A DNA stretch of 64,000 bases from Limnothrix sp. BL-A-16. Its GTDB lineage: Bacteria > Cyanobacteriota > Cyanobacteriia > CACIAM-69d. A program made the position numbers and the translations under genes. Where the stretch lies: positions 1,856,001 to 1,920,000 of the forward strand of contig CP166615.1 in NCBI GenBank assembly GCA_041937175.2. Direction: 5' to 3'. A model generated the notes under the pieces. The model saw nothing but the letters and a program-made list of their open reading frames with translations. It was not told the DNA's origin and searched no databases. Below are positions 60,062-64,000 of this stretch, piece by piece. Within the stretch, counting starts at the first letter, position 1. The number at the start of each line of letters is the position of its first letter.

Positions 60062-62661
60062 ACCAATCCTGGTCTCGTCGATCGCTTCTGGGTTTGTTGG
60101 GCTGGGGCGGGGCGATCGCCCTGTCGGGTCTCGGGGAACGGGCCCAAGCCCAAGCCTTGGACGACTTGCTCGCAGCGGGCCGACAAGCCTATCACGAGGG
60201 TCGCTATCGGGAGGCGATCGCCCTTTGGCAATCGGTGTTGGAACCAGCAACGCAGCGGGACGATCGGGAAACAATCGGCCTGGTGGCGAGTTATTTGACT
60301 TGGGCCCACCTGCAACTCAGTGAAATGACGGCGGCCCAAGCTTGGATCGATCGGGGGCGATCGGCCCTCGCGGGTGGTCTGTCGGCTGCCGTGGCCGCTC
60401 GGCTGTGGGGAGCCGCTGGAGCAACTGCCGCCCTTCAACAGCAGTGGAGTGTGGCGGAGCAGGCTTTTCAAATGGCCGCCCAGCAATACCAAGCGGCCAG
60501 CGACTCCGTGGGAACCCTGAACAGCCAAATTGACGAGGCCGCCGTTTGGCAGGGGGCCGGCAACCAGCGCCGGGCCTTGGAACGGCTGTGGGATTTGCAG
60601 CACCACTGGCAACAGGAACCGCCCCAGGAACCGGAGGCGATCGCCGTTCGGGCCCGGGGATTACATCGCTTGGCCCTGGCGTTGCTGTGGGCCGAAGACT
60701 TTGAACAGGCTTGGCAGGCGGCGATCGAGGCGAAACCGGTTTTGGGCGCGGCGGCGGAATTGACCTTGGCCCAAATCGCCAGTTGGCGGGCGGCCATGGA
60801 CGGATCCGCCGCCGAGCAGGCTAGTTGGGCTGAAACCGCGATCGAGCACTATCACGCGGTGATTTTGGGGCCCGATCCAGCCCTATGGCGATCGGCCATG
60901 GTTGGGCGACTGGAATTGGCCACAGAACGCGGGCGGCCAGAGTCGTCGGAGTGGGCGGAACAATTGCGACTGGTGGCCCAGCGCTGGACAGGGGGGCGAT
61001 CGGCTGTGGCGTTGCAGTTGGCGGCGGCCCGGGCCTTAAGCCAATTAAACCAACCGATGCCCATGGCGCAGGTGTTGTCCCTGGTGCAACGGGCCCAACA
61101 GCAGGCGGAATCCTTGGGCGATCGGGCCCTGTTGGGTTGGGCTTGGCAATTGCGCGGCCAGGTGTTGGCCCAAGGGAGCGATCGGGCAGGGGCGGCCCAA
61201 GCGGCCCGATCGGCCCTGGGGCAATGGGAACCGCTCGATCGGCCCGAATGGAACTATGAGGCCCTGTGGCTGTGGGGGCGAATGGCGCACCATTTGGGCC
61301 AAGCCCGCGAGGCTTTAGCTGCTTACCGCTTGGCCGCCGAAGCGGCCCAAGCCGCCCGCTCCAGTTTGGCGGGCCTGAGTGTGCGGCTGCCGGGACTGCA
61401 AACGGAAGGGGTGCAAGGCTGGCTCGATCGCGCCGAGCCGCTCTATCGCCAACAAATGGGACTGCTGTTTGGTTCGGCCGAAACCAACCATTGGATTGAA
61501 GCCAGCGAACAGCTCCAAAATCTGCAACTGCAACGGATTGAGAATTTTTTGCAATGTCGCCTTGACAATCCTGCCCCGTCGAACTTGCTTCAGTTGGCTG
61601 ACTCGACTACCGATGAACGAACGGCGGTGGTGGTGGTGGCGATCACGGAATTGCCACCGGATTTGGCCTCGGGATCGGCCAACCGGTTGATCGATACGCT
61701 GGTGCGCTGGAAGGATCCCCAAACGGGCCAAGAACGCCAAAACCTGCACCGCCAGCCGATCGCCCGATCCGAGTTGGAGACGATCGTCAAACGCCTCACC
61801 CGCCACTTCAGACAAGTGGGCAGGGCCCGCGCCTTGCAACAGGACAGCCAACAGCTCTATCGCTGGATTTTGGAACCCCATCGCCCGATCCTGACGGCGG
61901 CGGACATTAACCTGTTGGTTTGTGTGTTGGATCCTTCCCTACGGAACTTGCCGATCGATGCCTTGTTTGACGGAGAGCGCTATTTGGTGGAATCCTTTGC
62001 CGTCGCGATCGCCCCTGATGTGAAGCTGGATCCAGCCTCCGATCGGGGACGGCGCGGCCCGGCCCTGTGGGCTGGCTTGTCCGAACCGCGCGAGGGCTTT
62101 GCGGCCCTGGCTCCCGTGCCCCAACAGCTTGCCCAGTTGGGAAAACTGCTGAAGGGGCAAGTTTTGCTCAACCAGCAATTTACGCCCAGGGCCTTGACCC
62201 AAGCCTTGGTCAGCCAACCGATCACCGTGTTGCACTTGGCCACCCATGGGCAATTTAGTTCCCAGCGCGATGACACCTTCTTGCTGACCTGGGAAGGCAA
62301 GCTCAACACGGAAGATTTGGATCAGTTGCTGAAGGAGCGGTGGGCCAAGCGGTCGGAACCATTGGATTTGCTCACCTTGTCCGCCTGCCAAACGGCCACG
62401 GGCGATCGTTACGAGGCCTTGGGTTTAGCAGGGTTGGCGGTGCGATCGGGCGCGCGCAGTCTGGTGTCTTCGTTGTGGAATATTCCCGCCGACGACACCG
62501 CCAATCAGTTTTTTAGTCAGTTTTACAGGGGTTGGCTGGCTGGACTGTCCAAAGCCCGCGCCCTCCAGCAGGCCAAGCTAAAGCTGCTGAGCGATCAAGG
62601 CAACCTCGCTGCCGATCCCTATTCCTGGGCGGGCTTTGTCCTAATTGGTGACTGGCGCTAG
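60058..62661 (+). CDS. TPR-like + CHAT (caspase/HetF-like) protease with twin-arginine-like N-terminus
   Basis: SRRSLLG...AQA leader; LHLATHGQFS (His), LTLSACQTA.GD (Cys), SLWN, PY.WAGF.LIG.W; ATGA overlap with the upstream gene. Confidence 0.9.
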   Translation: MNQSWSRRSLLGLLGWGGAIALSGLGERAQAQALDDLLAAGRQAYHEGRYREAIALWQSVLEPATQRDDRETIGLVASYLTWAHLQLSEMTAAQAWIDRGRSALAGGLSAAVAARLWGAAGATAALQQQWSVAEQAFQMAAQQYQAASDSVGTLNSQIDEAAVWQGAGNQRRALERLWDLQHHWQQEPPQEPEAIAVRARGLHRLALALLWAEDFEQAWQAAIEAKPVLGAAAELTLAQIASWRAAMDGSAAEQASWAETAIEHYHAVILGPDPALWRSAMVGRLELATERGRPESSEWAEQLRLVAQRWTGGRSAVALQLAAARALSQLNQPMPMAQVLSLVQRAQQQAESLGDRALLGWAWQLRGQVLAQGSDRAGAAQAARSALGQWEPLDRPEWNYEALWLWGRMAHHLGQAREALAAYRLAAEAAQAARSSLAGLSVRLPGLQTEGVQGWLDRAEPLYRQQMGLLFGSAETNHWIEASEQLQNLQLQRIENFLQCRLDNPAPSNLLQLADSTTDERTAVVVVAITELPPDLASGSANRLIDTLVRWKDPQTGQERQNLHRQPIARSELETIVKRLTRHFRQVGRARALQQDSQQLYRWILEPHRPILTAADINLLVCVLDPSLRNLPIDALFDGERYLVESFAVAIAPDVKLDPASDRGRRGPALWAGLSEPREGFAALAPVPQQLAQLGKLLKGQVLLNQQFTPRALTQALVSQPITVLHLATHGQFSSQRDDTFLLTWEGKLNTEDLDQLLKERWAKRSEPLDLLTLSACQTATGDRYEALGLAGLAVRSGARSLVSSLWNIPADDTANQFFSQFYRGWLAGLSKARALQQAKLKLLSDQGNLAADPYSWAGFVLIGDWR

Positions 62662-63420
62662 CTGAAGCGGCGCGGCCAAGGGGGCCTCGCGCAAATCGCT
62701 AAAGCCCTCCTGATCCAGGAGTTCTATCAATTGGGGCGATCGCCCTTGGCCGTCGGGACTCAAGAGCCGATCGAGCTGATCCAACCAATATTCCGTTTTG
62801 GCATGGGCCGCATGGACGATCGTGCCCATCACAAAGTCCACCGTTTCCTCGGGTCGATTGGCACAGCTCACTCGCAAATACCAGTGATAGAAGCGATTAG
62901 GCACAAGACCCGGGCCGTTGGGCAATAGGGGCAATCGCAGCAGCCCCGCTTGGGAACCCATCACCAGGCGCTGCTGATCCAGGGAATGACCGACCGCATC
63001 TTGCAATTCCCATTCCAACACCGTGCCCGCTGGATAGCGCACATAAAACCACAACCCAGGCTGAGCATGGCGGGTTTCGCCCAAAACCACCGTTGTCCCA
63101 TCTTCCCAAATAGTCTGCGGAACCAGCGCCACCAACAGCTTGGCCGGATCCGCTGACCCCCCCACAACACAGCCGCTATAGCTCCCGGCCCCGCGCCCGC
63201 GGCCATTGATCGGGCGATCGCCCCGCACAGGGGGTCTGGTTTGTTTGAGCTGCCGCTGAGTTTGGTTCAGGGTTGGATGGGCCAGGCGGGCGATCGGCTG
63301 GAGCGGGTCGATCGCCCATCCCGGCAAGGCTCCGAGCGTCACCCCCGCCAATAAACTACCCAAAACAATGCCCATGCGGGGTAGTCCAAACCCAACACAA
63401 CAAGACTGAACATGAATCAT
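62641..63420 (-). CDS. DUF928 domain protein
   Basis: Signal peptide, G.GAGS..GC, L.ALVP, G.T....P.LWFYV.Y, L......YHW, W.D.L, LL...G..DL. Confidence 0.8.
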   Translation of the reverse strand: MIHVQSCCVGFGLPRMGIVLGSLLAGVTLGALPGWAIDPLQPIARLAHPTLNQTQRQLKQTRPPVRGDRPINGRGRGAGSYSGCVVGGSADPAKLLVALVPQTIWEDGTTVVLGETRHAQPGLWFYVRYPAGTVLEWELQDAVGHSLDQQRLVMGSQAGLLRLPLLPNGPGLVPNRFYHWYLRVSCANRPEETVDFVMGTIVHAAHAKTEYWLDQLDRLLSPDGQGRSPQLIELLDQEGFSDLREAPLAAPLQLAPVTN

Positions 63421-63512
63421 GATTCAGAAGAGGGGAAAGATAGGTGCTCAATCACTATCTTCCCCGAAATTTCTCTGATTCGCCTGAATCAAGGCGAGTT
63501 AACCGGCCTGGT

Positions 63513-64000
63513 TTAACCAAGTTGTTGAAACTGTGCGGTTAAGGCCAACCGATCGACCTTGCCTTGGGCGTTGCGGGGAATTTGGGTCAAGGGTAGCCAG
63601 CGTTTGGGAATTTTGTAGCGACTGAGCCGATCGCCCAAGGCCGATCGCAGTCGATCGGGCGTGATCGTTGAGTTCACGGGCACATAGGCCGCCCCGATCA
63701 CCTGGCCCCATTCCCGATCGGGCAACCCCAACACCACCACATCAACCACCCATCCCGTTTCCCACAGGGCCGCTTCCACCTCAGCGGGATAGACATTTTC
63801 GCCCCCGGTGATGATTTTGTGGCTGGCGCGGCCCACCAGATGTAACCGTTGGGCCCCGTCAAAATAGCCCAAATCATCCGTCAGGAATTGCCCCGTGGCG
63901 CTGGTGTCCAGAGGGGTGAATCCTTGGGCACTCAGATAGCCCACCGCCAAGGAATTCCCCGCGATCGCCACTCGGCCGATGGTTGACCTGCTCCCAAGCG
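63513..64000 (-). CDS. menE: 2-succinylbenzoate--CoA ligase C-terminal part (5' end outside the window)
   Basis: F.TDDLGY.D, VGR...KIITGGENVYPAEVEAA, G.PD.EWGQ, L.RYK.PK.W, PRNAQGKVDR. Confidence 0.8.
   Translation of the reverse strand, partial: LGSRSTIGRVAIAGNSLAVGYLSAQGFTPLDTSATGQFLTDDLGYFDGAQRLHLVGRASHKIITGGENVYPAEVEAALWETGWVVDVVVLGLPDREWGQVIGAAYVPVNSTITPDRLRSALGDRLSRYKIPKRWLPLTQIPRNAQGKVDRLALTAQFQQLG

Noticed and set aside
1..64000. Abundant GCGATCGC/CGATCG as a novel repeat
   Set aside because: This is the well-known cyanobacterial HIP1 sequence.

Overview
Chromosomal window of a HIP1 (GCGATCGC)-rich, moderately GC-rich cyanobacterium; a filamentous Limnothrix-like lineage is my inference. 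The backbone is housekeeping: secD-secF, clpS, sasA, chlH, aat, purL-purF, gyrB, bioF, dapB, an SLH porin with a Fur-like box, a YvcK-family gene, an MlaF-like ABC ATPase, aroC and partial menE. Two AT-richer accessory blocks interrupt it. Block 1 (about 11.3-21.7 kb) holds a HEPN-like gene plus a large dual-ATPase gene, cynABDS with a PAS kinase/REC-AraC pair, and an orphan. Block 2 (about 30.3-34.6 kb) holds a second, very divergent HEPN-like plus dual-ATPase pair and a tandem triplication of an XRE HTH gene. The best candidate for an undescribed system is this twice-occurring two-gene module: a small HEPN-like protein followed by [degenerate MNT/BolA-like]-[ParA/MinD-like, Lys-to-Arg Walker A]-[second P-loop NTPase]-[possible wHTH], probably a defence or toxin-antitoxin system. 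Also notable are a sigma-like/DUF1822/haemagglutinin/CHAT/DUF928 cluster and a REP-like palindrome (CAAGGGGCTTAAGCCCCTTG) carried inside three unrelated MITE-like shells, one of which has inserted into another copy of the same palindrome. No rRNA, tRNA, CRISPR array or transposase gene was seen. All family calls come from motif recognition by eye, not database searches.
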